A DNA stretch of 64,000 bases, taken from assembly GCA_951406725.2 (NCBI GenBank), contig OX597823.1, positions 1,364,001 to 1,428,000 of the forward strand. Reading direction: 5' to 3'. The notes beneath the pieces are model-generated. The model saw only the letters and a program-made list of their open reading frames with translations, was not told the DNA's origin and ran no database searches. The position numbers and the translations under genes were made by a program. Below, piece by piece: positions 1 to 12,125 of the stretch; position 1 is the stretch's first letter; each line of letters begins with the position of its first letter. This DNA comes from Octopus vulgaris (taxonomy: Eukaryota).

Positions 1-59
1 AGGACCAGAGACATAGTTTCCTATGTCTCTGGCATAGTCCACTCTGCTTGGGAATATTT

Positions 60-290
60 AGGATGTCGTTCTCTTTCAAACAATGGTCTCGTATTCCTTA
101 TCGGTGTTTACTTCGTTAGTTGAAAGTCTCAGTATTTACCATATTCCGAAAGTGGAAGTTAAGCATTCCGCGTTTAGATTTCTCGTTCAATTGTAAAGTT
201 GATGTTTGGCAGAATTCACAGACTTTTACTGAAATGGTTTTCTTACCGGAAGTCTCACATAGCAAACAATTCATCTGAATCACCTAACGA
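60..290 (-). pseudogene. Very degenerate Penelope-like RT fragment
   Basis: The minus strand contains aacatcaactttacaattgaacgagaa (NINFTIERE), resembling the PLE RT 'NIKFTMEKE' region. The rest is disrupted. Confidence 0.3.
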
Positions 291-336
291 CTTTCAATTA
301 CAAGGGGTCGCTATTATTGGTTCCTGATCCCAAAGG

Positions 337-367
<31 letters not shown>

Positions 368-497
368 TATTATTGTATAACTTCTCAGAGCGCGCGATCA
401 TGTTTGCTATAGTAGATTCTGTGAGAGTGGACAGCAGCCTGCTGTCAGAGGTATTATCATTATCATTACCATTACCATTATAATCATTATCATTATT

Positions 498-760
498 GAG
501 TGAGAGAGCAGTGCATGCCGACAAAATGACACTGGGCTAAAATATACGAAGCCCAATATACCCATCATGACTACCCATCTGATAAGGGTACACCAGGCAC
601 ATGCATCACAACCATGTGTGTGCGACATGGTGATCTCATATCAAGATAAACAGCGCATGACCTTGCGGGTGGGGCCCAGTTAGAATGTTCTTCTGGTATT
701 GAGCAGAATATTCGCTGTAGCCCATCTTTTATACCAAACAATGTACATGATAATACTTCC
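498..760 (-). mobile_element. Internally deleted copy of the (AAT)n-associated non-coding element (full copy at 62669-63225)
   Basis: Near-identical to 62669-62862 joined directly to 63096-63169, and flanked by ATT-rich repeats on both sides. Confidence 0.85.
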
Positions 761-1030
<270 letters not shown>

Positions 1031-1394
1031 TTAATGTAAGCTATAATGATTGTGAAATCCCACATATAACCGAAGGGAAATTGTTGTTCATATGCGAAAG
1101 AGTGTCTCTGTATGGGGTTCGACAAGAAGCAGCAGACATTACCGAGTTTTATACGTTTACGCACGGCCATGCATAAAAGTCGAGATTAGAACAGCTTGCA
1201 AATACTGAGTCCAGTTACGTTGCTGCCCACGTCACTTTAACAGAGCGACCGGCATGCCGAACACACTCCTCACAAATTAGCATTTACACATGGGTATACA
1301 TGAGTATATAGGCATGCATGTACATACATACATACATACATACATACATTTATGTGTATATATATATATACACATACATATATAAGTATGTTTA

Positions 1395-1442
<48 letters not shown>

Positions 1443-1462
1443 CATATATAAGTATGTTTATG

Positions 1463-1509
<47 letters not shown>

Positions 1510-1849
1510 GTGTGTGTGTGTGTGTGGTTGTGCACAGGCCGATGCGTAATTAGGTTCGTATATGTATGCGTCTACGTATGCTCATATGTATGCTAGGATG
1601 TAATTGTGTAAGACGACGAGTGAGAAATAGTATTGGAGGAATGCGTGTGTGCGCCGGTCTCATGTTGTGGATACGAACACAACCCTTTCGAACCTTCCTT
1701 TGCTTCACACATCTCTCTACGTAATTCCGTTTGTGTGTTTAGATGAATACGTATCAATTAGAAAGAGAAGCTTCATAGTTTCTTCTTTGCCTGCGTGTTC
1801 TTTGAGACACACTCCCACATACACATACATGCATACATACATACATATA

Positions 1850-2041
1850 GTATGAATGTATATATGTATATATGTATGTGTATGTATGTACGTAAATATG
1901 TATGTCTGTATGTACGTATTATGTATGTATATATGCATGCATGTATGTATGTATGTATGTATGTATGTATGTATGTATGTATGTATGCATGCATGCATGT
2001 ATGTATGTATGAGTATATGTATGTATGTATGTATGTATGAG

Positions 2042-2073
<32 letters not shown>

Positions 2074-2255
2074 TGTATGTATGTATGTATGTATGTATGT
2101 ATGTATGTATGTATGTATGTATGTATGTATGTATGTATGTATGTATGTATGTATGTATGTATGTATGTATGTATGTATGTATGTATGTATGTATGTATGT
2201 ATGTATGTATGTATGTATGTATGTATGTATGTATGTATGTATGTATGTATGTATG

Positions 2256-2286
<31 letters not shown>

Positions 2287-2426
2287 TGTATGTATGTATG
2301 TATGTATGTATGTATGTATGTATGTATGTATGTATGTATGTATGTATGTATGTATGTATGTATGTATGTATGTATGTATGTATGTATGTATGTATGTATG
2401 CATGCATGCATGTATGTATGTATGAG

Positions 2427-2458
<32 letters not shown>

Positions 2459-2534
2459 TGTATGTATGTATGTATGCATGCATGCATGTATGTATGTATG
2501 AGTATATGTATGTATGTATGTATGTATGTATGAG

Positions 2535-2566
<32 letters not shown>

Positions 2567-2586
2567 TGTATGTATGTATGTATGAG

Positions 2587-2618
<32 letters not shown>

Positions 2619-2642
2619 TGTATGTATGAATGTATGTATGAG

Positions 2643-2674
<32 letters not shown>

Positions 2675-2678
2675 TGAG

Positions 2679-2710
<32 letters not shown>

Positions 2711-2940
2711 TGTATGTATGTATGAATGTATGTATGTATGTATGTATGTATGTATGTATGTATGTATGTATGTATGTATGTATGAATGTATGTATGTATG
2801 TATGTATGTATGTATGTATGTATGTATGTATGTATGTATGTATGTATGTATGTATGTATGTATGTATGTATGTATGTATGTATGTATGTATGTATGTATG
2901 TATGTATGCATGCATGTATGTATGTATGTATGTGTGTGTG
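1850..2940. repeat. About 1.1 kb (TATG)n array with variant units
   Basis: Directly visible, with GCAT, GAGTATAT and GAAT variants. Confidence 0.98.
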
Positions 2941-3062
2941 TATGTATTATATGCGCAGATTTGTATTTGTACACATTGGATATGCATATACTTGCGAATA
3001 TACACACGCTCATATATATTTAAATGATAAACTTCTGGAAGTTTTACAGATTTTTACAGTTT
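2940..3062 (-). mobile_element. Severely 5'-truncated 3' end of the RLE retrotransposon family seen at 11521-12125
   Basis: gctcata.atatttaaatgataaacttctggaa.gttttacagattt and gcagatttgtat are shared with 11521-11615. Confidence 0.75.
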
Positions 3063-3131
3063 TAGACACACACACAAACACGCACATATATTTACATATA
3101 TCTGTATATGTGTGTGTATGTGAATATATAC

Positions 3132-3185
<54 letters not shown>

Positions 3186-3217
3186 CTTTGTGTCTGTGTG
3201 TCTGTGTGTCTGTGTGC

Positions 3218-3330
3218 AGGCGTGCAGATCATTGGTTAAGGCGCTCTGTTCATGATCGCAAGATTGTGGTTTCGATTGCAAGCGCCAGCGATACGTATTG
3301 TGGTGCAAACACTTAATTTCTCCTTACCCC
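3218..3330 (+). mobile_element. Degenerate tRNA-derived SINE head
   Basis: A-box-like cattggttaagg and B-box-like ggtttcgatt, similar to the heads at 40645 and 17240. Confidence 0.45.
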
Positions 3331-3489
3331 AGGCCAGAGAGCTGGCAACAATGCGCAACCCCGCGACGGACCGCGCCCCGTCCAGAAGGAGAAAAAGCGG
3401 CCATAAGAGCCTATGACTGGGAAAGGATTTTTCAACCTTTTGATATAGACTTAGAACATAATCCTACCACAATTGTCATAAACTTATAT

Positions 3490-3720
3490 TTGTCTTTATT
3501 GCCCACAGGGAGCTAAACATAGAGGGGACAAACAAGGACAGACAAAGGGATTAAGTAGATTACATTGAACCCAGTGCATAACTGGTACTTATTTAATCGA
3601 GCACGAAAGGATGAAAGCAAAATCGACCTCGGCGGAATTAGAACTCAAAACGTAACGGTAGACGAAAACCGCAAAGTATTTCGCCCAGCGTGCTAACGAT
3701 TCTGCCAGCTCGCCGCCTTT
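3490..3720 (-). mobile_element. tRNA-derived SINE, family 1
   Basis: The minus strand begins aaggcggcgagctggcagaatcgttagc (A box) and has gagttctaattcc (B box). Multiple copies in the window. Confidence 0.85.
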
Positions 3721-3989
3721 ATCGTTATAAACTTATATGACACTTATCAGTCGTACCGATATATAAACCTATGTGGTGTGTATATTCTTCAAGAACAGTT
3801 TAAAAGACTATTTCAGACATACAGTGAGCATACAATCGAGGAAATACGCAATAGCAACCGAAAACGTTCTCTGTGAGACAAACCCGGTGTAGCTCAGACT
3901 TTCGCCGCTTGAAGCCACTTGATGTAATCTTCAGACATCAGTCTGCCGAACGGCGTCATCAGGTGGGGGATCTTACTGCCACGTGATGC

Positions 3990-4513
3990 ATCTTTGTTTT
4001 GCAACGTTTCTCTCTTGTTTGTCGATTTTTGCGTTGGCTAAAAAGGATTTCCGTGAAATTCTGTTTTCTGTTGGGGAAAACGGCAGCCAAAACAGTTGTC
4101 ATGCTTCTAACAATTTACAAGGACGCTGCCATGCGCAAAACACAAGTTTACGAGTGGTTTCCACGCTTCGGGAATGGTAACTTGTCATTTGAAGACCAAT
4201 GTCGCTCAGGGTGACTGTCGACCTCTCGAACGAATGAAAACATCACAAAAATTCATGAACTGGTCTTGGAAGACCGTCACCGATCAATTGACGGACTTAC
4301 TGATATGACTGATGTATCCTGGGACTGCTGCCAACAAATTTTGTGCGTGGAATTGCGAATGAAAAGTGTTGCAGCAAATTTTGTGTCTCGCTTGCTCGCG
4401 GAAGATTAGAAGCAGACACGGCTGAATGAGTGCCGTAAAGAGAAAGAACAGCCGGAAGTTGATCCGGACCTTTTTTTGGAAGGTCATCACTGGTGACGAA
4501 AACTGGTGCTACG
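3990..4513 (+). pseudogene. Mariner (Tc1/mariner) transposase pseudogene, N-terminal HTH to first catalytic Asp
   Basis: Fragments KFCFLLGKTAAKTVVML, KTQVYEWFPRF, EDQCRSG, LRMKSVAANFVSRLL and KVITGDENWCY, with frameshifts and stops. Truncated by a SINE. Confidence 0.9.
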
Positions 4514-4539
4514 GAATTTGCAGATTGTGGCACAAATTT

Positions 4540-4740
4540 TGGCACAAAGCCAGCAATTTTGGGGAGGGGCTAAGTCGATTACATCGACCCCGCAGTGCTC
4601 AACTGGTACTATTTCATCGACCTCAAAGGATGAAAAGCGGCGTTAACCTCAGCAAAATTTGAACTCAGAATGTAAAGACGGACGAAACGCCGCTAAGCAT
4701 TGGATCCGGCGTACTAACGATTCTGCCAGCTCGCCACTTT
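4540..4740 (-). mobile_element. tRNA-derived SINE, family 1
   Basis: Homologous to 3490-3720. Confidence 0.85.
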
Positions 4741-6281
4741 ACGCACACATATATATTCACAAGCACGTATACACATACACACAGGCACACTCATTCATCG
4801 AAGCACATGTATATAAACATACTCACCAACGCGTATGTGTACAAATACACACACAATGTTCATATTTACCAGAACGTTTTTGTAATCATTCAATAGGAGT
4901 GACAATATGGATTATGACCCTTTGCAAGGCGTCCAAGTGTGGTGGAGAAGGAGAGGACGATATCCTCACACGAAGGGTCAGGCCCAGATACTTGCAACAG
5001 ATAAGTCACCATAAATACCCGCTCCGCCCATTCAGCAGGGGCTACGTGGCAGTATTATACTGGGATATGGAATTAAAAACGTCAAAAATCGAAGCAAATA
5101 CGGGGACGATTTCTGTTCAGACGGTTTTACAGTTCCGCAAAACAACCCGTCCTCGATTTCTTTTGCTGATTTCAACCTCGGAAGGATGAAGGGCAACGTT
5201 GAAAATTGAAATCATCACAGCACAGAGAAGTGGAACAAATGCAACAAGGTATTTTAGTTGACGATTTAGTAATTTAGTAATTAGTTAAATTGCATGAAAT
5301 ATACACCGGCTGTAGAAGATTTCCCATACATGGAATATACAACACATATACTTATGAATTGTTGGGAAAGAAACGTCAAAGCTTGCAGAGATGGATGTGA
5401 AGTGTGTAGGAAATCAATAGAGAGACACTTTCGAAGGGAACACATATATACAGCATACAGAGAATACATAGCACATGCAGTATATATATATAGAGCATAG
5501 ATACAGGGATATAATACAATATGTAACATACACTCATGCAACATAGAGAGTAGGTACAACATAATACACAAAACATACTGTAAACATCGAATACTTGAGA
5601 ATGAAATAACCATACATGAACACACGATGCATATGTAAACTTTTATACTCTGCACAAACGAACGAACACACTATATACGCACATACAATCTGTGTATATC
5701 CGTACACATCTAGAATACATATATTCACACTCATACACGATGTCCCTCGGTATAAATGCGATGCCCACACACAATGTAGAAATACACACAAACCTCTGTG
5801 TTTAACCTTTGTAATGTTTTTCTTTATTTGTCCACTAAACATGGACAAGCATAAATAGGGATGAAATCAGATGAAACAGCCGACGCGATATGAATTATGC
5901 GTAATGTATTATCTGTTTGAGGCCAATAGAAATTATTTACACACACTCTGATAAACAAACGTGTCAAACTTCAGTTTTCGTATCGGAAAAATAACCCAGC
6001 TCCGTATTAATGAATCACGCATGCGCAGCTAGACCAGCCATCCCTGACCAGATTCTGATCACGTGTTTTAGACTGAATTTGACTAGAATCGGTTCATGAA
6101 GAATTTCGAATTAATGAGATTTTGATATTTCAAGATATCAATTCTCGTGTAATATTCTTCGTGGTTTTTTAATTTGAGCATTTTTTTGTTTTGTGCTGAC
6201 AGAGTGTTGTAAGAGTCCAGCATGAGAAGGAAACAGAAGCAAAATGATATTAGCAACGAAGTGTCTAGATATGTGTGTATA

Positions 6282-6445
6282 TGGCCGTGGCTCTGTGGTA
6301 AGAAGCTTGCTTCTCAACCAATGGTTTCGGGTTCACTCCCACTGCGTGACATCTTGGGCAAGTTTCTTCTATTATAGCCCCGGGCCGATCAAAGCCTTCT
6401 GAGTGGATTTGGTAGATGGACACTGAAAGTAGCCTGTCATATATA
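6282..6445 (+). mobile_element. tRNA-derived SINE, family 2 (CORE-like), 5' part
   Basis: gtggctctgtggtaag (A box), gggttcactccc (B box), and cttgggcaagt (CORE-like). Confidence 0.8.
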
Positions 6446-6664
6446 TGCATGTATACGTATTTATGTATATGTGTGTGCGTGCGTGTCTGTGTGTATGTAT
6501 ATATGTATGTAAGTGTCCACAACTAAGAATGTACTGTTCAATCTAGAGCAGATTAAAATGCAGAGTCAATTGTCAACTTTGATACACAATAAATACAAAT
6601 ATATGTCCCTATTCAGCTTATATGTGTGTATGTATATATGTATATATACATCTATATATATACA

Positions 6665-6720
<56 letters not shown>

Positions 6721-6729
6721 CTTTTCGTT

Positions 6730-6938
6730 TCTACAATAGGCCCAACGCCCGAAATTTTTGGGAAGGGCGCCAGTCGATTAGATCAACCTCAGTACGCAAC
6801 TGATACTTAATTTATCGACTCCGAAAAGGTGAAAAGCAAAGCCAACCTCGACGGAATTAGAACTCAGAAGGCAAAGACAAACGAAATACCGCTAAGTATT
6901 TTGGCCGGTATGCTAAAGATTCTGCCAGCTCGACGCTT
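6730..6938 (-). mobile_element. tRNA-derived SINE, family 1
   Basis: Homologous to 3490-3720. Confidence 0.8.
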
Positions 6939-6964
6939 TATATGCATGCATATATATATATATA

Positions 6965-7384
6965 GGCGCAGGAGTGGCTGTGTGGTAAGTAGCTTGCTAA
7001 CCAACCACATGGTTCCGGGTTCAGTCCCACTGCGTGGCATCTTGGGCAAGTGTCTTCTGCTATAACCCCGGGCTGACCAATGCCTTGTGAGTGGATTTGG
7101 TAGACGGAAACTGAAAGAAGCCTGTCGTATATATGTATATATATATATAAGTGTGTGTATTTATGTTTGTGTGTCTGTGTTTGTCCCCCTAGCATTGCTT
7201 GACAACCGATGCTGGTGTGTTTACGTCCCCGTCACTTAGCGGTTCGGCAAAAGAGACCGATAGAATAAGTACTGGGCTTACAAAGAATAAGTCCCGGGGT
7301 CGATTTGCTCGACTAAAGGCGGTGCTCCAGCATGGCCGCAGTCAAATGACTGAAACAAGTAAACGAGTAAACGAGAGTAAACGA

Positions 7385-7387
<3 letters not shown>
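6965..7387 (+). mobile_element. Full-length tRNA-derived SINE, family 2 (CORE-like)
   Basis: A and B boxes, cttgggcaagtg, an internal TA/TG microsatellite and a 3' tail gactgaaacaagtaaa. Homologous to 39694-40445. Confidence 0.88.
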
Positions 7388-7449
<62 letters not shown>

Positions 7450-7454
<5 letters not shown>

Positions 7455-7605
7455 CAAAATCCTTTCTGTCTGTCTATGTGTGTGTCTTCTAGGATCTCGG
7501 GCATCCTCCATCTGGTTTCGCTCAAATTTGATTTGTAGATACCGACGGTATCAGGGCGTGTATAAGTCTTGAAAAAATTGCAAAAATCGATTCCAGGTGA
7601 GAATG
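7450..7605 (+). mobile_element. Probable non-autonomous Helitron 5' part
   Basis: Begins in (TA)n followed by a tctgtctgtc tract, the same layout as the Helitron at 22040. No 3' end seen. Confidence 0.35.
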
Positions 7606-8332
7606 TGTGTGTGTTACTCGTAATAGGAATAATGATTTCAATTCTAATAGTGCCAGCAACCCTGTACATAAAATAAATTCTTTACGGACTAGGGGAGGTA
7701 AGCGCCATGCAACCCCAAATTTCCAACCCAGAAATTTTACCCTTACTATCACAAACAACACTAAGAACAATTCAAAGGCCACAAAAAACTGTATCTGGTT
7801 TGTAATACCTTTCGGAAAACAAATTAAATCGAACCTTCCCTTATAGTTCCGTGAAGCCGTTGCTAGGAACTTTCCCAGAAATTCTAGATATCATTCTATT
7901 ATCAATTTCCACAAGGTCAGAATAGCTTTCTCTAACACTAGGAATCTTTCACAAATTATATCTTCCCACAATACCAAGCTGCTAAACAAAGATTCTTCAC
8001 CCGGGAGTTCCAATACTAATCTTGCTAATTCTAACCCATCATACAATCATAATAATAGGAATAGTATTAATAGTAGCAGCATTAGTAGCAGCGAAAGTGT
8101 TAACAATGATAATATTAATAATAGTATTAGTCGTGTTAATAACAATGGTAGTGTTGATGGTAACAACAATAACGGTATTATTGTCGGTGGTATTACTGGT
8201 TGTAATACCATTAATAATACTAATAATAATAGAAATAGTGTAGTTGGTAGCGCTAATAATAATAGTAACAACAATCATAACAATAAAAACTTCGTCTCGA
8301 TCTCGGAGGACAACCCCAACAGAATTAAATTT

Positions 8333-8722
8333 TTGTCTAGTAATTCTAAGATTAAGAATTCTATTTACCAGTGCATAATTTCTTCTGGTACCGATGTCTT
8401 CTATATAGGAGCGTCCACTTCCCAGTCATCCAAGAGAATTTCAAACCACTACTCAACATTCAGGCATAGTAAAAAACGACATAGCACAGGGCTAAGTAAA
8501 TTAGTTTGGCGTCTTAAAGACAACAATATAACTTTCAAGTTAGATTGGTTCATACTGTCTGTATCCTTTCCTTTTGATAAGGGCAGGAGATTTTGTAACA
8601 TTTGTAACTCTGAACTCTTCCATATTCTTTTCGCTAAGGTTCCCCTAGTAAACACACTCATAGAAAAATCGTACAAATGTAAACACTGGCAGAAACACAC
8701 TTTCTACTCATATAAAGGATAA
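8333..8722 (+). CDS. Penelope GIY-YIG endonuclease domain (C-terminal part of a disrupted PLE ORF)
   Basis: SIYQC...FYIGAS...KRISNH...STGLSKLVWRLKD...W.IL...CNICNSE...CKH. Confidence 0.85.
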   Translation: MSSNSKIKNSIYQCIISSGTDVFYIGASTSQSSKRISNHYSTFRHSKKRHSTGLSKLVWRLKDNNITFKLDWFILSVSFPFDKGRRFCNICNSELFHILFAKVPLVNTLIEKSYKCKHWQKHTFYSYKG

Positions 8723-9165
8723 CGATAGTCACTGTGGTTTGAACAATTAGCTTTACATCCACCCCACTGCTATAGAGAAATTCTTTCCTAAGCCTTCGAA
8801 CATTCTTTCAATCAACTTGTTCCCTGCCTATTATTCCTTTATACCTTCTCTTCCTACTATCTATCTTTGACGTCTGTCTCTCTCTCACACACACAATCAC
8901 ACACACAGACACAAATGCAGTTATACACACACATATACACAAACACAAACACACGCACCCATTAACACAAGCACACACCCACACATTTCCATACATACAG
9001 CAAACATACTGTTCCCTACCTATTATTACTTTATCCCTTCTCTTCCGACTATCTATTTTTGACGTCAATTCTTCTAACGGTTTTTTTAAAAAAACACTCA
9101 TTATCGCTTTGTTTACGATGTAGGCAATCATCGAAATTTTTGTTTGTCTTGTTGTCGAGAGAGGC

Positions 9166-9261
9166 TCCTTTTCTTTCCTGATGAGAAGATTGCATAATGC
9201 ACCCTTTATTCCTTTGGAATGAAAACATGCTGTCTTCGAAACATGTGTCGAGAGTAAAGGA
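9166..9261 (+). ncRNA. Type I hammerhead ribozyme
   Basis: Core CTGATGA (9178-9184), GAAA (9238-9241) and GTC (9247-9249). Stem II gaagattgcat/atgctgtcttc. Stem I tccttttctttc/gagagtaaagga. Confidence 0.88.
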
Positions 9262-9490
9262 ATTTTGTTAACATCTTCGTTCGACTCCTTTCATTTATTC
9301 ATATACAACACACAAATTTCTACACATGAACCCGGAGTTTCTACCCTTGACAGGTCGTTTCAACCGTGTTTTCTGACGTGAATTTGCTACCTAGGTTTCG
9401 GTTAAACGAATTTTCCATGCTGACGATAAACATGGGATAATTCATTCACCTACCTATATATATATATATATATAATATATATATATATAT

Positions 9491-9791
9491 CACGTGATCA
9501 CGTGACCGACCACACCATCAGATGCTGCTACACTTCGCTGGTCACAATGCGTTCGTATTGTTTTTAGCCTTCGAATGACGCCACCCCGCTGGCTAAGCGA
9601 GCAGGCCAACAGAAGAAAGAGTGAGAGAGGGTGGTGAAAGAGTACAGCAGGGATCACCACCCCTGCTGGAGCTTTGTGGAGCTTTTAGGTGTTTTCGCTC
9701 AATAAACACACACAACGCCCGGTCTGGGGATCGAAACCGCGATTCTACGACCGCGAGTCCGTTGACCTAACCACTGGGCAATTGCGCCCCC

Positions 9792-9793
<2 letters not shown>
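9491..9793 (-). mobile_element. tRNA-derived SINE, family 3
   Basis: Minus strand gcccagtggttagg (A box) and ggtttcgatccc (B box), ending in gtcacgtgatcacgtga then (TA)n. Confidence 0.8.
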
Positions 9794-9843
<50 letters not shown>

Positions 9844-10229
9844 GTATATATATATATTTATATATATATACATGTATATAAACATACATGTGTATGTATG
9901 ACGCTTATTCGTTCATTCCACTCTTCGTTCTTTCGTTCCCCCTCTCTCACATTTCTTTGCTTTCTCTTCTTACCCACTTTCCCTCCACTTTTCACTTCAC
10001 TGTGTCCCTGTCATTTTTTCTCGCCCCTCCTTAATTCTTTTGTCTCTCTGCCTCTCTCTCTCTCTCTCTCTCTCTCCTCTTCCCACGTGACCGGCGTTCA
10101 GCCAAGCCTGATCTTTCTTTCCTGACCTGGACGGTGTCCGTGCAACATCGATATTACTCCCTCTGTCTGTGAAATTTTATATACCAACCGTAAGTCTTCA
10201 TTTCCACACGCCAGCTTAATTTAATTCGT

Positions 10230-10575
10230 CCTTAGTCGAAAGACACCTGTTGTTATGTCCTGTTATTATTTTTATTGTATTTGTGTAACATTGTCCGTTT
10301 TTTCCGTCCTTGTTTTTGTATACATTCGCTGCTTTCTTCCAAAGAATCTAACGCTCTTAGCTTAGTTTTTCCTTGGAGCTGGCCAGATTGGAGCAATCTC
10401 GAGTATAACCAGCCGAAATTGCGAAGATAATCTGGAACTCGACTGAGGAGCGAAAATTCCGAATGACCCGTCCTTGTTTTCTTTGTATCGACTATCTGGA
10501 TGTTTTGTTGTCCCTTTCTTGTATCACCTAACTGTCTGGATATTTTGCGTTCTTGTCTCATGTTGTATTTTTGAT
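10230..10575 (+). mobile_element. Unclassified interspersed repeat, inverted copy at 16910-17220
   Basis: Shared blocks agtcgaaagacacctgttgttatg, tataaccagccgaaattgc and gataatctggaactcgac match the reverse complement of 16910-17220. Confidence 0.75.
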
Positions 10576-11520
10576 ACATACATATATAGCGGCGTACGTA
10601 CACTTTGGTCTCTTATATATGTATGTATGCATGTATGCATGTATGTATGCCCAAGATACACTCAGGTGAAGGCTAAAATAAACGACAGTTCTGCCATCAA
10701 TCTGATGATGACTGCATTTTCCCTCTTTACTTTTGGTCTGTTCAATCCATGCAAGAAGGTTGTTTGGGTAAAGGGAGAAATTTAACGACAGTCAAAACAG
10801 TAGCGACTATAACAATGCTTATAACGCCATAATGGTTATAACGCTAAGAACCATTGAACGCCTTTAACTCGCCCTCTCGCTGGCTAATGTTCAATTAGGA
10901 AACGCACTTCCGGTGAGAGTCAATATTTCAGCCATTTTCATTTTGCTTTACTCAAATAATGTCACGAACGAAGGTGAAAGTCTTAATTAATTAATTAGTT
11001 ACCAGCTGGATTATATTGCTGTTACTACTGTTGTTTAATAAATATTGTTGTTCTTGTTGTTTATAATGTAATGTTAGTATTACTTACGTCGCTGCTGGGG
11101 TTCTCTTTGCTATTATTATCGTTCATGAAGATGATGATGAAGATAATGATGATGATGCCACTTATTCTGATACTTCTTTGTATGTGTATATTCGTGTGGA
11201 TGGGTTGGGGTAACTCTTCCTCGTTTTGCGTGTCCAGGGTTTTGTGAATGTAGGAATGCGTGACAATAACTCCTTCTATGATTGTGTTCTACAGATACAG
11301 CCAGTGTATGTGTCTAGTCGTGAGTTTGCATGTACACACACACACACGTGTGTATATGTGTGTGTGCGCGTATCTTTATAATATATATATGAAGAGATAC
11401 ATATATACATGTATGTATGTATGCATGCATGTATGTATGTATGTATGTATGTATGTATGTATGTATGTATGTATGTATGTACGTACGTACGTATGTATGT
11501 ATATAGGCATGTATGTATGT

Positions 11521-12125
11521 GCAGATTTGTATGTTTTATGTATATAGTTACATATCAAGACATGCTCATAGATATTTAAATGATAAACTTCTGGAAAGTT
11601 TTACAGATTTGTACAATTCCAGTGATGGATTCGATCTGTAGTCTTCGAATTAGCTTTCTCTTTTCTGGTTTTGAGAAGCTTAATTTCTCAAGGCTGGTAT
11701 TTAGGCAGTGTGTTACATATCCCAGGGCCCCAATAATTACAGGTATAAACCTGAACTTGTAATATGGATAGAGTAACTGCAGACTTCTTAATAGTTCAGC
11801 ATAGGTGTTCTCTTTTTCACTGATCTTCAGCTTTATGTTAACATCCGCCGCGCAACTAATTTCCACAACTGCACACATTTTCTCATCTCTATCCCAAATC
11901 ATTACATCAAGTCTATTGTGTTTACATTTTATTGAGGTCTTTACTGGTACATTCCACCAGTAGTCCTCTTTATTATGAGTGGCTATGGCTTCTACCATAT
12001 TGTGGGTTTTTATCTCTTTGGACTCGGGATTATCCTTCCGATGGATTTCAATATAGAGTGTCCTAGCTACAACCTCATGTCTCATCGGTAGATAATACCA
12101 TGATGACATTGTCAGACAACTGCAC
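11521..12125 (-). mobile_element. 5'-truncated RLE-type (R4/NeSL-like) non-LTR retrotransposon, endonuclease domain plus 3' UTR
   Basis: ORF 11576-12109: RHEVV...WWN...HNRLD...VVEISC...EKENTY..L...FIPVIIGALG. The 3' end runs into (CATA)n. Confidence 0.88.

Larger units (their letters stand above)
7620..9454 (+). mobile_element. 5'-truncated Penelope-like element (linker, GIY-YIG, 3' region with hammerhead)
   Basis: CIWFVIPF...NFPRNSRYHSIINFHKVRIAFSNTRNLSQIISSHNTKLL linker, Asn-rich insert, GIY-YIG ORF and hammerhead at 9166. Ends at (TA)n. Confidence 0.85.

Noticed and set aside
1717-3027. Long ORFs of YIHT/MYVC repeats (also 32728-34813)
   Set aside because: These are translations of (TATG)n, which lacks stop codons in most frames. 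They are not genes.
3490-3720. tRNA genes at A/B-box motifs
   Set aside because: The boxes are SINE heads followed by SINE bodies, and no cloverleaf is evident.
6010-6070. NRF1-like and E-box motifs as a promoter
   Set aside because: Short motifs with no TSS, CpG island or downstream gene evidence.
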